Source of the DNA: Escherichia phage JLBYU08
Length of the DNA stretch: 64,000 nucleotides
Sequence record: OK272482.1
Reading direction: 5' to 3' (one strand)
Shown here piece by piece: positions 27,180-35,583 of this stretch. The notes beneath the pieces are model-generated. The model searched no databases. It worked only from the letters and a program-made list of their open reading frames with translations, and was not told the origin of the DNA. The stretch's first letter is position 1; each line of letters begins with the position of its first letter. Both the position numbers and the translations under genes were made by a program.

Positions 27180-29258
27180 TTAAAAAGGTGTTTCATCATC
27201 CTCAAAACCAGGGACCGGATCAGAGGATGGATCATCGTATTGGAGGTCTTCCTGCGTGTCAATAGGCTTGACAGTGGGTGTTACAACCTTATCAGCCACA
27301 ACCTTGCCCATAGGTGTTTCTACAACTGCATGCTCCTGATCCTCAAACATAGCCTGAGGTCTCCAAACAACCTCCCCACCTTCTCCGTCTGTGAACATCT
27401 GCATTTCTTTGTCCCAGTACCAATTACTGGCATCATAGAACTTACCTGTATGCGGATCCATAACTAAAGTGTCAGCAATACCTAAAGTTTTTGCTGGACG
27501 GTTTTTAAGACCTACCAGACGGACACGTCCACGAGAACGATCCACCATTTCTTCGGCCTCGACACCTATGACTACCCAACTCAACTGTTCAAGCCCAGCC
27601 GATCCTCGCAAATTCTCTTTTCGCACAGGATACCAGAAAGGTAATGGGTTACCATCCTTGTCCTTAGGGGGCACAATCTCTGTACGTTTGAGGTGAGCGA
27701 TCACCAAGATAAACACGTTAAACTGCTTACAAAACGCAGCCAGTTGGGTCATAGCCATGTCCAGTTCTTTTCGCTCATCCTTAACATTAAGCCCTGAAAT
27801 TACCATGGACAGGTGATCCAGCACAATATAACGACAATGGTACAGGCAAACCATTTGCTTAAGCTTGGTAATCAACTCGTCCACTGGAATAGACCCGAAA
27901 TGTTTGAACACTTTGATTTTTCCAGCTTTTGCCCATGATTGGTGAATCTCTGCGTGTTCTTGATCAGTTAAAAACTGGCTAGGATCTTCAACAAACTCTT
28001 TAACATCAAACCCTAACTGGTTTGCATACAAGGAGTTAATTGCTTCCTCTGGGTCCTCCTCAAGATGAATCATGCATAGACGATCATCCTCTTCATAGTC
28101 ATCGGCCTTCGGGCATGTCGGGTCCATTAGGTATCTTGCAATACAGTGTTCCAGTTTTTTAGCCACGGTTGTTTTACCGCCGCCTGATGGACCTGTAAGC
28201 ATTACAAGTGTCCCTTTGTGCAAGCCTTTTAGCATTTTTTGCAGTTTTGGGAACTCTGCACTGATATCTACCCCGTTGGAAGTCTTTTTCCGCAAAGACT
28301 CGATAGAGAAGTCTTCTAAATCCGACACAGCATCAGGCACATATTTAACAGGGTGCCGGAACATGTTGACAATATCTTCCAGCTTTTTAGCCTTCAGCAT
28401 GTCTCGGATATCTTTTACACCGTCAGGGTCATTTACTTCACCAGGGTATTCTACGTGGTAAACGTTATCAGCCATCAAAAATGCTGCGATATTGTGCGTG
28501 GCCTCAACACCTTTAATGACGTGTTTTTGCTTCTCTACCTCGTTAGCTGCATCGTTATCCATTGCCAGCACAACTGTTCCATAGCTACGGATAAACTTCT
28601 CATTGTTTGCAAAAGTATCTACTGCGTTTGCACATCCACAGTTAATTCCAACAAAAGGCAGGCAGGGTTTTCCTGCCAGATCACCACCGTTGATAACTGC
28701 GTCGATCCCGTCCTGGACCTCTTTAGCCCACTGCTTCACCTTTGCCGGGGCTTTAGCGTTGGTGAGAATCCCTTTTACTTGTATCTGATATGCAGCCTGC
28801 CATGCTGCAATAACATCACCTTCTCCCTCACAAACGTTAATCTGCTTACGGTTGTTGGAAGATGCACACAGCTTTTGACCAAACATCTGGGAGTTGGCCT
28901 TTACGATACCAACAACGGAGAAATGGCCCCTTTGCTCTTTAGGAATAGTCCAGTCACGCTTTTTGAAACCAGACAGATTTCCGTAGCGGTCGTAATATGG
29001 GAAATATGTTGCAGTGACTGTCACACCGTCTTCTTGGGACAATGCTGATCGCACACCAAAATATTGTGCAGCCATCAGACCGATATTTTGTTGTGGGACA
29101 GGGACAATTTTAGTATTTTCTAAAACAGTCTCTACAGTTTCAACTTCTTTTTCATCACGATAGTCTCGTTTCACACTTCCCCCACTTTTATACTTAGTTT
29201 CTTTCGGGTTTGGCTCACCGAAACGGTTGTATGCAGATGCCATAAATTTACTTCCCAT
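27180..29258 (-). CDS. primase-helicase (T7 gp4-like: TOPRIM primase plus DnaB-like helicase), 692 aa, acidic tail ending in F
   Basis: VCEGEGD and LAMDNDAANE TOPRIM motifs; Walker A TGPSGGGKTT; Walker B IVLDHL; C-terminus EDDETPF; AAGGAG SD. Confidence 0.85.
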   Translation of the reverse strand: MGSKFMASAYNRFGEPNPKETKYKSGGSVKRDYRDEKEVETVETVLENTKIVPVPQQNIGLMAAQYFGVRSALSQEDGVTVTATYFPYYDRYGNLSGFKKRDWTIPKEQRGHFSVVGIVKANSQMFGQKLCASSNNRKQINVCEGEGDVIAAWQAAYQIQVKGILTNAKAPAKVKQWAKEVQDGIDAVINGGDLAGKPCLPFVGINCGCANAVDTFANNEKFIRSYGTVVLAMDNDAANEVEKQKHVIKGVEATHNIAAFLMADNVYHVEYPGEVNDPDGVKDIRDMLKAKKLEDIVNMFRHPVKYVPDAVSDLEDFSIESLRKKTSNGVDISAEFPKLQKMLKGLHKGTLVMLTGPSGGGKTTVAKKLEHCIARYLMDPTCPKADDYEEDDRLCMIHLEEDPEEAINSLYANQLGFDVKEFVEDPSQFLTDQEHAEIHQSWAKAGKIKVFKHFGSIPVDELITKLKQMVCLYHCRYIVLDHLSMVISGLNVKDERKELDMAMTQLAAFCKQFNVFILVIAHLKRTEIVPPKDKDGNPLPFWYPVRKENLRGSAGLEQLSWVVIGVEAEEMVDRSRGRVRLVGLKNRPAKTLGIADTLVMDPHTGKFYDASNWYWDKEMQMFTDGEGGEVVWRPQAMFEDQEHAVVETPMGKVVADKVVTPTVKPIDTQEDLQYDDPSSDPVPGFEDDETPF

Positions 29259-30012
29259 TAATTCTGCTCCTTACTGCAGGCTCGTTTGCTAAGAATACGG
29301 CTTTTGCCCAGCCACGTGGTGTGAGGCTTCGGATCATCTTCGTTCTTGCACTCTTTCCACCCAGCTTGGCGTGTTGCATGGAATACCCGCTAACCGCGTC
29401 AACTATTTGCTGGACAGGTTTTGTGGCCGGGATTATAAATCCATTACCTATCCAGCCGCAAGTTATTTTTGGATAGGCATCACGTGGAGCTATAAATTCA
29501 GGAAACCAGGGGTTTACATCATCCTCCGGTAAATACCCGCCATAGTCAGAAGGGTGAAAACGGTAATCAGGTTTGCGCCACAGTGTGGACATAACACCCA
29601 CAGGATTCTCTACATGCCACGGGCAATCGTAAATCTCTCCCAACTCTTCTGCAACCCGAGCATCCTTTACAGCATTAATCTGGATCAGCGGGTCCTTAGC
29701 CAGCTTCTTCTTAAAGTGTGCAGCACCTGACACCGCTAAGTGGGTGCACGGAGGAAATGCAAGAACAAAGTCCGGAGCTGGGTACATGCAGAAAGTTTCC
29801 TGAGGGAACCATGGATCAATCCAATAATCTACATAGTGAATATTTGGATGATCGGTGATCACCTCTGCATAACTGCCGTGGTCAGCACCTTCTGCGTTAA
29901 AGCACAGGCACAGATATCCAGCTTTTGCCCAGTCAATGACTGCACCGCCAGATCCGTCAAATAGACTCCACACAACACCTTTGTGGTAGTGTTCTTTATA
30001 GATAAATTTCAA
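29248..30012 (-). CDS. DNA (cytosine-5)-methyltransferase-like protein, about 254 aa, probable TTG start
   Basis: Motif I LFDGSGG, motif IV FPPCTHLAVSG, motif VI HVENPVG; AGGAGA SD before TTG; small and lacking an obvious target-recognition domain. Confidence 0.6.
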   Translation of the reverse strand: MKFIYKEHYHKGVVWSLFDGSGGAVIDWAKAGYLCLCFNAEGADHGSYAEVITDHPNIHYVDYWIDPWFPQETFCMYPAPDFVLAFPPCTHLAVSGAAHFKKKLAKDPLIQINAVKDARVAEELGEIYDCPWHVENPVGVMSTLWRKPDYRFHPSDYGGYLPEDDVNPWFPEFIAPRDAYPKITCGWIGNGFIIPATKPVQQIVDAVSGYSMQHAKLGGKSARTKMIRSLTPRGWAKAVFLANEPAVRSRINGK

Positions 30013-30030
30013 TTTGCTGTCTCCTAATGC

Positions 30031-30057
30031 AAAAAGCCCCACCCTTTCGGGCAGGGC
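30031..30057 (-). terminator. rho-independent terminator (copy 2 of identical hairpin)
   Basis: Minus strand: GCCCTGCCC-GAAA-GGGTGGGGC followed by TTTTT. Confidence 0.7.
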
Positions 30058-30063
30058 CTAGTG

Positions 30064-30546
30064 TTAAACCCGGATACCTATTGTATACTCGGTGGATACC
30101 AATGTCAAATCTAAATTTAAAATTTCTTGCATCTCATAGTATGCATCCAGGGTGAGATACATTTCCCCATCCTTTTCTACATACTTGTCAAGGTGTTTGA
30201 GGCACTTTGGATAACTATTAAGGGCAGCCTTTAGGCACTCAAACTCTGTGCTGTTGATGAATCCTTCCATCTTGGCTACCCGTTCTGGGGTAACGATAGC
30301 ACTGTAGTGAGATTTAGCTTCCTGAATGCAATGGGTCCAAGCATCAACTTTCTCTTCGAAAAGTCCGAAGAACTTCTTTTTGGTGAGCTTCAGATTCTTT
30401 AAGTGCTTAAGCACTCGGTTGCCGATCACAGATACATCACGAAACTTAAAGATCACTTTGTCAATATCCTCGCGGCCTATTTTTACAAAGCAAGCCTCGC
30501 ACATTTCAGGAGAGGCATAACCTACTTTCCACATAAAATCTGACAT
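30064..30546 (-). CDS. hypothetical protein, 160 aa
   Basis: ORF with AAGGAGAG SD. Confidence 0.6.
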   Translation of the reverse strand: MSDFMWKVGYASPEMCEACFVKIGREDIDKVIFKFRDVSVIGNRVLKHLKNLKLTKKKFFGLFEEKVDAWTHCIQEAKSHYSAIVTPERVAKMEGFINSTEFECLKAALNSYPKCLKHLDKYVEKDGEMYLTLDAYYEMQEILNLDLTLVSTEYTIGIRV

Positions 30547-30558
30547 AACACTCTCTCC

Positions 30559-30954
30559 TTATTCCTGAAAAGCAACGATATCATATGCACTTACCAATGA
30601 TTCCGGTGAAGAATGACTCCAGTCCAGGTTATCAGAGTATCCAGCGTGCTGTGCACCGCTACGTAGTTTGTATTTTACCCACTTACCTGGTGCAGGGTTT
30701 TCACCACCTTCCCATGCTTCCCAGTCTTCTGACAGGCCGTCCTGAGAGCAGTCATCCACTTCACTGATAATCTTAGGGTTTGGCACCAAGATCCCTGCAG
30801 GCTCCTCCTTCCGGATAAGTGTCCACACAGCGTAGGTGTCTGAGCAGGCGCATGATAGCAAAGTATATCCACTATTTAGAACTTCTGCAAGCTCTTTTTC
30901 AGCATCTTCCAATTTGGTTAAGTGGTATTGGATAATCTTCACACCTGTAATCAT
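30559..30954 (-). CDS. hypothetical protein, 131 aa, acidic
   Basis: ORF with GGGAGG SD; TGATG coupling. Confidence 0.6.
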   Translation of the reverse strand: MITGVKIIQYHLTKLEDAEKELAEVLNSGYTLLSCACSDTYAVWTLIRKEEPAGILVPNPKIISEVDDCSQDGLSEDWEAWEGGENPAPGKWVKYKLRSGAQHAGYSDNLDWSHSSPESLVSAYDIVAFQE

Positions 30955-31259
30955 CAGAAACCTCCCACTTCTTCAGCAAATGCAGCTGCTGTCGTCGCTG
31001 CATCCAGATAGGACTCTAGTTCACGAGCTGCACGTTTGTAAATTGAGTGGCGAATATCGTTTGGCAGTTGGTGGAAGTCCACCTCTTCACCGTTGCGGTA
31101 AACATGCACATCAGTGATCTGTCTAAATCCGTAATAGTCAACATCAGAATCACGGCACTCCGGGTCTGGCAACTGGACAACTGCCTGAGCTTCTACAGTG
31201 AACATATCGTCAAGTTCGAAATCGATTTCAAAAGTGTATGGTTTATAACGTTTCATCAT
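30954..31259 (-). CDS. hypothetical protein, about 101 aa
   Basis: AAAGAG SD before internal ATG. Confidence 0.55.
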   Translation of the reverse strand: MMKRYKPYTFEIDFELDDMFTVEAQAVVQLPDPECRDSDVDYYGFRQITDVHVYRNGEEVDFHQLPNDIRHSIYKRAARELESYLDAATTAAAFAEEVGGF

Positions 31260-31272
31260 TTGATTGTACTCT

Positions 31273-32598
31273 TTATTGATCAGACTTATCTTTCGCAATT
31301 AAGGTCGGGGCAAGTTTGTAATAACGGAAGCCACCACCACCTTGCCAGTTTACAGACTTAGAAATACCACCTTGATCTTCACCGTCGATCACTTTTTCCA
31401 AGCGCGGAATAATATGGGTATGACAATGATCACCTAGCTCGATTGAGATCCAACATCTTTTCATCTTGTGAGCTACAGCGGCGGTAGTTCCCGAACCACC
31501 GAATGAATCCAATACCAAATCACCTTCTCGCGTACACATTTCGAAAATCCGCTTCAAAAGCGCTTCCGGTTTTTTCCCATTTTTGAAACTAACGCCGCCT
31601 TCATTTGCTATTCCATTCCAACTAATGTCTGTCCAAACATCAGTTATCAGTTCCGCAGGTTGCATCTCACCATCAATTTCCAAAAGCCTGTTGGAGTAAA
31701 AGACCATTTGCCTACCATTTGCGATATAAAATCCTTCAACATCCTCATTTGGATGTACATAAACCTTATCTCTATCTTTCTTTGACTTCTCTATAGTTTC
31801 TTTTCTCTTTATTTTAGCACCACCACCAATTGCAACAGATTGAAATACACGTTCTGCATTATCAATTGCGAATTGTGCTAATTCATCATCGAATGTATTA
31901 GGCAGTTTTTTCTTGGCTTCTTTTGCATCTTTATAGCCATTGGCCTTTGCAAACGCATCGGCAATACCGCACCACGTCCAATTTTTATAATGGTCGTCCG
32001 GGTTTAATAAGTATTTGTTATACCCTGTATCATACCCTTTAGGTATATAGATTTTGTTAAGCGGTTTCTGGGTGCGATCTTTTGCATATACAAGCAAAAA
32101 GTTTGCTGTGGAGAAAACTGTAGCTCCTGTTGCCTTAAATCCTGAAGGGGAGTTTGTGGTCATCGATATGGTATTTAACTGATTTGCACGACCAAAAATC
32201 TCGTCCATCAAAACTTTTAAATACGCCATTTCGCAATCATCTAAGTGAACGAATATTACCCCATCATCACTTAGAAGATTACGAATTATTTCTAACCTAT
32301 CCCTCATTAAGCCCAGCCAAATGGAATGCTCCAGGCTATCATCGTAGTGCTCAAAAGCCCTTCCGGTATTGAATGGTGGGTCGATGTAAACACACTTCAC
32401 TTTGCCTGTATACTCTTGCTCTAGCGCCTTCAATGCTAATAAGTTATCTCCAAAAATCAGTTTATTATCAAAAATACCGTTTTCGGTCACTTTCTGGCTG
32501 CGGTAAGACTTGCTCGAATCTTCTAACAAAATGTGCGGCTCTAGCTTTTTGCGCTCGTTTTTACCTATCCAGGTAAGTTCTAATTTAGTTTTGCTCAT
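31273..32598 (-). CDS. DNA methyltransferase, beta-class amino-MTase (N6-adenine or N4-cytosine), 441 aa
   Basis: Motif IV DPPF near N-terminus and motif I DSFGGSGTT near C-terminus (beta-class order); AAGGAGAG SD. Confidence 0.8.
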   Translation of the reverse strand: MSKTKLELTWIGKNERKKLEPHILLEDSSKSYRSQKVTENGIFDNKLIFGDNLLALKALEQEYTGKVKCVYIDPPFNTGRAFEHYDDSLEHSIWLGLMRDRLEIIRNLLSDDGVIFVHLDDCEMAYLKVLMDEIFGRANQLNTISMTTNSPSGFKATGATVFSTANFLLVYAKDRTQKPLNKIYIPKGYDTGYNKYLLNPDDHYKNWTWCGIADAFAKANGYKDAKEAKKKLPNTFDDELAQFAIDNAERVFQSVAIGGGAKIKRKETIEKSKKDRDKVYVHPNEDVEGFYIANGRQMVFYSNRLLEIDGEMQPAELITDVWTDISWNGIANEGGVSFKNGKKPEALLKRIFEMCTREGDLVLDSFGGSGTTAAVAHKMKRCWISIELGDHCHTHIIPRLEKVIDGEDQGGISKSVNWQGGGGFRYYKLAPTLIAKDKSDQ

Positions 32599-32659
32599 CG
32601 TTTGGTGCTCTCCTTAGTTTTTGTGGGGAGGAGTGCCTCCCCTTTATACTCACATCTTA

Positions 32660-33001
32660 CTACTCAAGGTCTTCAGAGTCAAGCTCAAAAAGAATCAAAC
32701 TGTGCATGCCTGCAGAGAGATTAACACACCCTGCAACAATAAGGGTTTGATAGTAAGGTTCAGCACCCTCAATGTCTTCGTTAAAATCCACAACAAGGTA
32801 GTCACCTTTGTTAAAGGTGTATTTGTCCGATGTAAACGCAAAACCTGCCCAGTCCCCTACTGCAGGATCTTTATCAGTCACCTTTGTTAGCAGTAGATCT
32901 TTTTCACGAGATCTTTTAGTAAAATCGTGAATCACAACATCCTTCTCTTCAGGAGTCGAATTGCCACACACGTAGTTAACGATATTTCTCCACAAACTCA
33001 T
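32660..33001 (-). CDS. hypothetical protein, 113 aa
   Basis: ORF with GAAGAGGGGG SD; ATGA coupling to helicase gene. Confidence 0.6.
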   Translation of the reverse strand: MSLWRNIVNYVCGNSTPEEKDVVIHDFTKRSREKDLLLTKVTDKDPAVGDWAGFAFTSDKYTFNKGDYLVVDFNEDIEGAEPYYQTLIVAGCVNLSAGMHSLILFELDSEDLE

Positions 33002-34368
33002 ACGTCCCCCTCTTCTGCTCTGGTTTCAAAATCTTTCCTGACAATTTTGTCTAAGTCAGGGAATGTTGTATTGTAAAACTCTACTACTCGCGGGTCAACA
33101 ATAATGTCAACTTCTCTTAGGGGACGCAACAAGTTTATTCCTTGTATTGTCTTAACTCTACTCAAAGCGACATACGTCATCCCAGGGGAGAAAGCTCCGT
33201 TCTTTCCAAGGTCTAGGTTGTAACAATCTAGCGTAAGTCCTTGACTTTTATGAGATGTTACGGCGTACCCAGATTTCAGAGGAAGTTGCTTGTATGACCC
33301 AATCACTACCCTCTCTATAAACTTCTCCATCTTCCTTTCTGCAATGTTGTATCTCTGAGAGGGCTTATACTCGTTATTCTCCCACAACCTCTGCTCTATG
33401 TCAACCTGTGTTCCATCTTCAAGCTCTACCACCACCGCCTTGTTCTTAAATTTAACAATTGTGGCACGTGTTCCGTTAACATAATAAGGTACTTTGTGCG
33501 TCGGGTCAACATCGTTGGCGGTTATCATAACTTTCATGCCAATTTTCAACCTCATCTCCTGCTCAACTGGCAGGGTGGAGGGAAACTTACCCTTCATTTC
33601 ACCAGTGTATACCTTCTCTGGGGCGTTGATGGCATCATAGAACCTTCTGTTTACTTCCTCTGCTTGTTTGTTGGTGGCGCAAATTGTGAGAGCATCTGTT
33701 GGTACACCACCTTTGTAACAGCGAGCATTGAGTTCTGCTACAACCTCTTTTATGCGACGACCCTCACGAACACAGTTGAGCATTGTGGCAAATCGAATAG
33801 AATCCTGTCGGAACTGATCTATTAGGGCTATGTTGTGGAGGTCAAGCTCTTTCCAAGATTCGGTGTAGCAACACAGGTCCGTATGGTAGAAGTTGAAGTA
33901 GGCTTCCTTCTCCATAGAAGAGACAACAGGAGGTGCCTGGTAAAAATCGCCAAACAATATGACCTGTATGCCTCCGAAAGGTTTGTCATTTTTTCGAAGG
34001 AAGCGGAGTTTCCTATCCATCTCTATAAACTTATCAGCACGGATCATAGAGATTTCATCGATAATTAGGATGGTAAATGCCTTGCTTTTCAAAGGCTTCG
34101 CTGTTTTTGCCCTTATTGCGGTCCAGTCCGACTCCATGCTCACACCTGCTGCAAGATCGAATGTTCGGTGTGCTGTTGCTCCATTAACGTTTAAAGCGGC
34201 TACCCCTGTCGGGGCAACCGTTATGCAAGAGTCTCCATACATTGACTGGATCATGTTGATGAGATACGTCTTCCCACAACCTGCAGGTCCTGAAACGAAG
34301 ACATTCTCACCACTCATGATTGCAATGAGGGCAGCATCTGTGCCTACGTCATACTGCCCTTTTTCCAT
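32998..34368 (-). CDS. Dda/PIF1-like superfamily 1 DNA helicase, 456 aa
   Basis: Walker A GPAGCGKT, TGVAA motif, Walker B IIDEISM; GAGGAGG SD; TAATG coupling to rIIB. Confidence 0.8.
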   Translation of the reverse strand: MEKGQYDVGTDAALIAIMSGENVFVSGPAGCGKTYLINMIQSMYGDSCITVAPTGVAALNVNGATAHRTFDLAAGVSMESDWTAIRAKTAKPLKSKAFTILIIDEISMIRADKFIEMDRKLRFLRKNDKPFGGIQVILFGDFYQAPPVVSSMEKEAYFNFYHTDLCCYTESWKELDLHNIALIDQFRQDSIRFATMLNCVREGRRIKEVVAELNARCYKGGVPTDALTICATNKQAEEVNRRFYDAINAPEKVYTGEMKGKFPSTLPVEQEMRLKIGMKVMITANDVDPTHKVPYYVNGTRATIVKFKNKAVVVELEDGTQVDIEQRLWENNEYKPSQRYNIAERKMEKFIERVVIGSYKQLPLKSGYAVTSHKSQGLTLDCYNLDLGKNGAFSPGMTYVALSRVKTIQGINLLRPLREVDIIVDPRVVEFYNTTFPDLDKIVRKDFETRAEEGDV

Positions 34369-35573
34369 TACGCCTCCTCGTAGATAATGTCGATGATGTT
34401 ACCATCACGGTCAACTACGTATTCAATCGGATCGCCATCTTTGCGTGATTCCGGTGCTGCTACGATTTCGTAGCGGCATGCACGGCACTTAGCACTGTTG
34501 TGTTGGTATGGCACACTAACCACATCCGCAGGGTCAACCATAACCATCATTACAGTGCCATAGCCCGCTGCATACTCTTTGCTGGCGCAGTGCAGGCCAT
34601 AAGAACACGCAGCTTCCGGATCATCTTCTACAAAGTTACGAGGCATGGACACAAAAGCACCCTGGTATTGTGGAACTTTACCGCTGTGCCAATCCACCCA
34701 CCTGCTCCCGTTAAACTGAACCCCCTTATAGCAAATGATTCGACCATCTTCTGCAACCTGGATGTCATTAGCCTGCATGAAATCGTAGAGCATGTTCACA
34801 GATTTTGCAGACGGGTTGCGTAGCAGACGGACAAGGAATTTAACATATCGGTCGTCCAGTGTTCCATCTACATAATCTTCCTCAATTTTCTTTGCAATGG
34901 TGGATCGCATCTCTACACCGTAGTAGTAGAGCTTACCATCTTTCATGATCAGGTTGTCTGCAAGTGTGGTGAACTCATTCTTGCGTTCCAGCCAGACAAG
35001 GATTTCACCAATTGCCTCATCATATTCCTGAACAGAAATATGGTCGAAGACTTTCTGGTAAACTTCCTCACTTTCGCTGCGGCGAATTTCAAAAATGCCT
35101 TCGTTGCAGGTGATCTGGAGGAGTTCCCCGCAAATAACTACCAAAGGATCGATGCTTCGAGACTGTTGCTGAGACACACTGCTCACCACTTCCAGCACCG
35201 GATCTTTGACTTCTACTAAAGGTTCTTCTGACTTGATTGCTACCCCAGTGAACCCCACACCGTGAACAACACACAGTGGGTATACCACGCCCCAACGTTT
35301 AACGGAACCTTCACCTGAATCTAAGATCATGGCGTACTTACCGTTGTCTTCCAGTCCGTAGCGGAATAAACGGGCCTCTTCGCGGGTTTCAAAATCCTCA
35401 CGGGTATAGCAGACACTGTCTCGGTCAGGATCAAACAGCTCTGGGGCACCTACTGCCAGTGTCCATGTTGTAGTACCTTTCTCAATAGCACATGTGAAAC
35501 CCTTCTTCTCAAGTTCTGCACGGCGGTCGCGTGCTTCTTTACGAGTTTTGAAATGTTCGTAGATGAAAATCAT
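34368..35573 (-). CDS. rIIB: rIIB-like protein, 401 aa
   Basis: C-terminal region resembles T4 rIIB as recalled from memory (NDIQVAEDG..., MPRNFVEDD...SYGLHCASK, VDPADVVSVP...CRYEIV); directly downstream of rIIA-like gene; AAGGAGA SD. Confidence 0.65.
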   Translation of the reverse strand: MIFIYEHFKTRKEARDRRAELEKKGFTCAIEKGTTTWTLAVGAPELFDPDRDSVCYTREDFETREEARLFRYGLEDNGKYAMILDSGEGSVKRWGVVYPLCVVHGVGFTGVAIKSEEPLVEVKDPVLEVVSSVSQQQSRSIDPLVVICGELLQITCNEGIFEIRRSESEEVYQKVFDHISVQEYDEAIGEILVWLERKNEFTTLADNLIMKDGKLYYYGVEMRSTIAKKIEEDYVDGTLDDRYVKFLVRLLRNPSAKSVNMLYDFMQANDIQVAEDGRIICYKGVQFNGSRWVDWHSGKVPQYQGAFVSMPRNFVEDDPEAACSYGLHCASKEYAAGYGTVMMVMVDPADVVSVPYQHNSAKCRACRYEIVAAPESRKDGDPIEYVVDRDGNIIDIIYEEA

Positions 35574-35583
35574 AGCTGTCTCC

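Noticed and set aside
28353-29048. 231-aa plus-strand ORF
   Set aside because: Lies wholly antisense within the primase-helicase gene and has low-complexity composition; shadow ORF.
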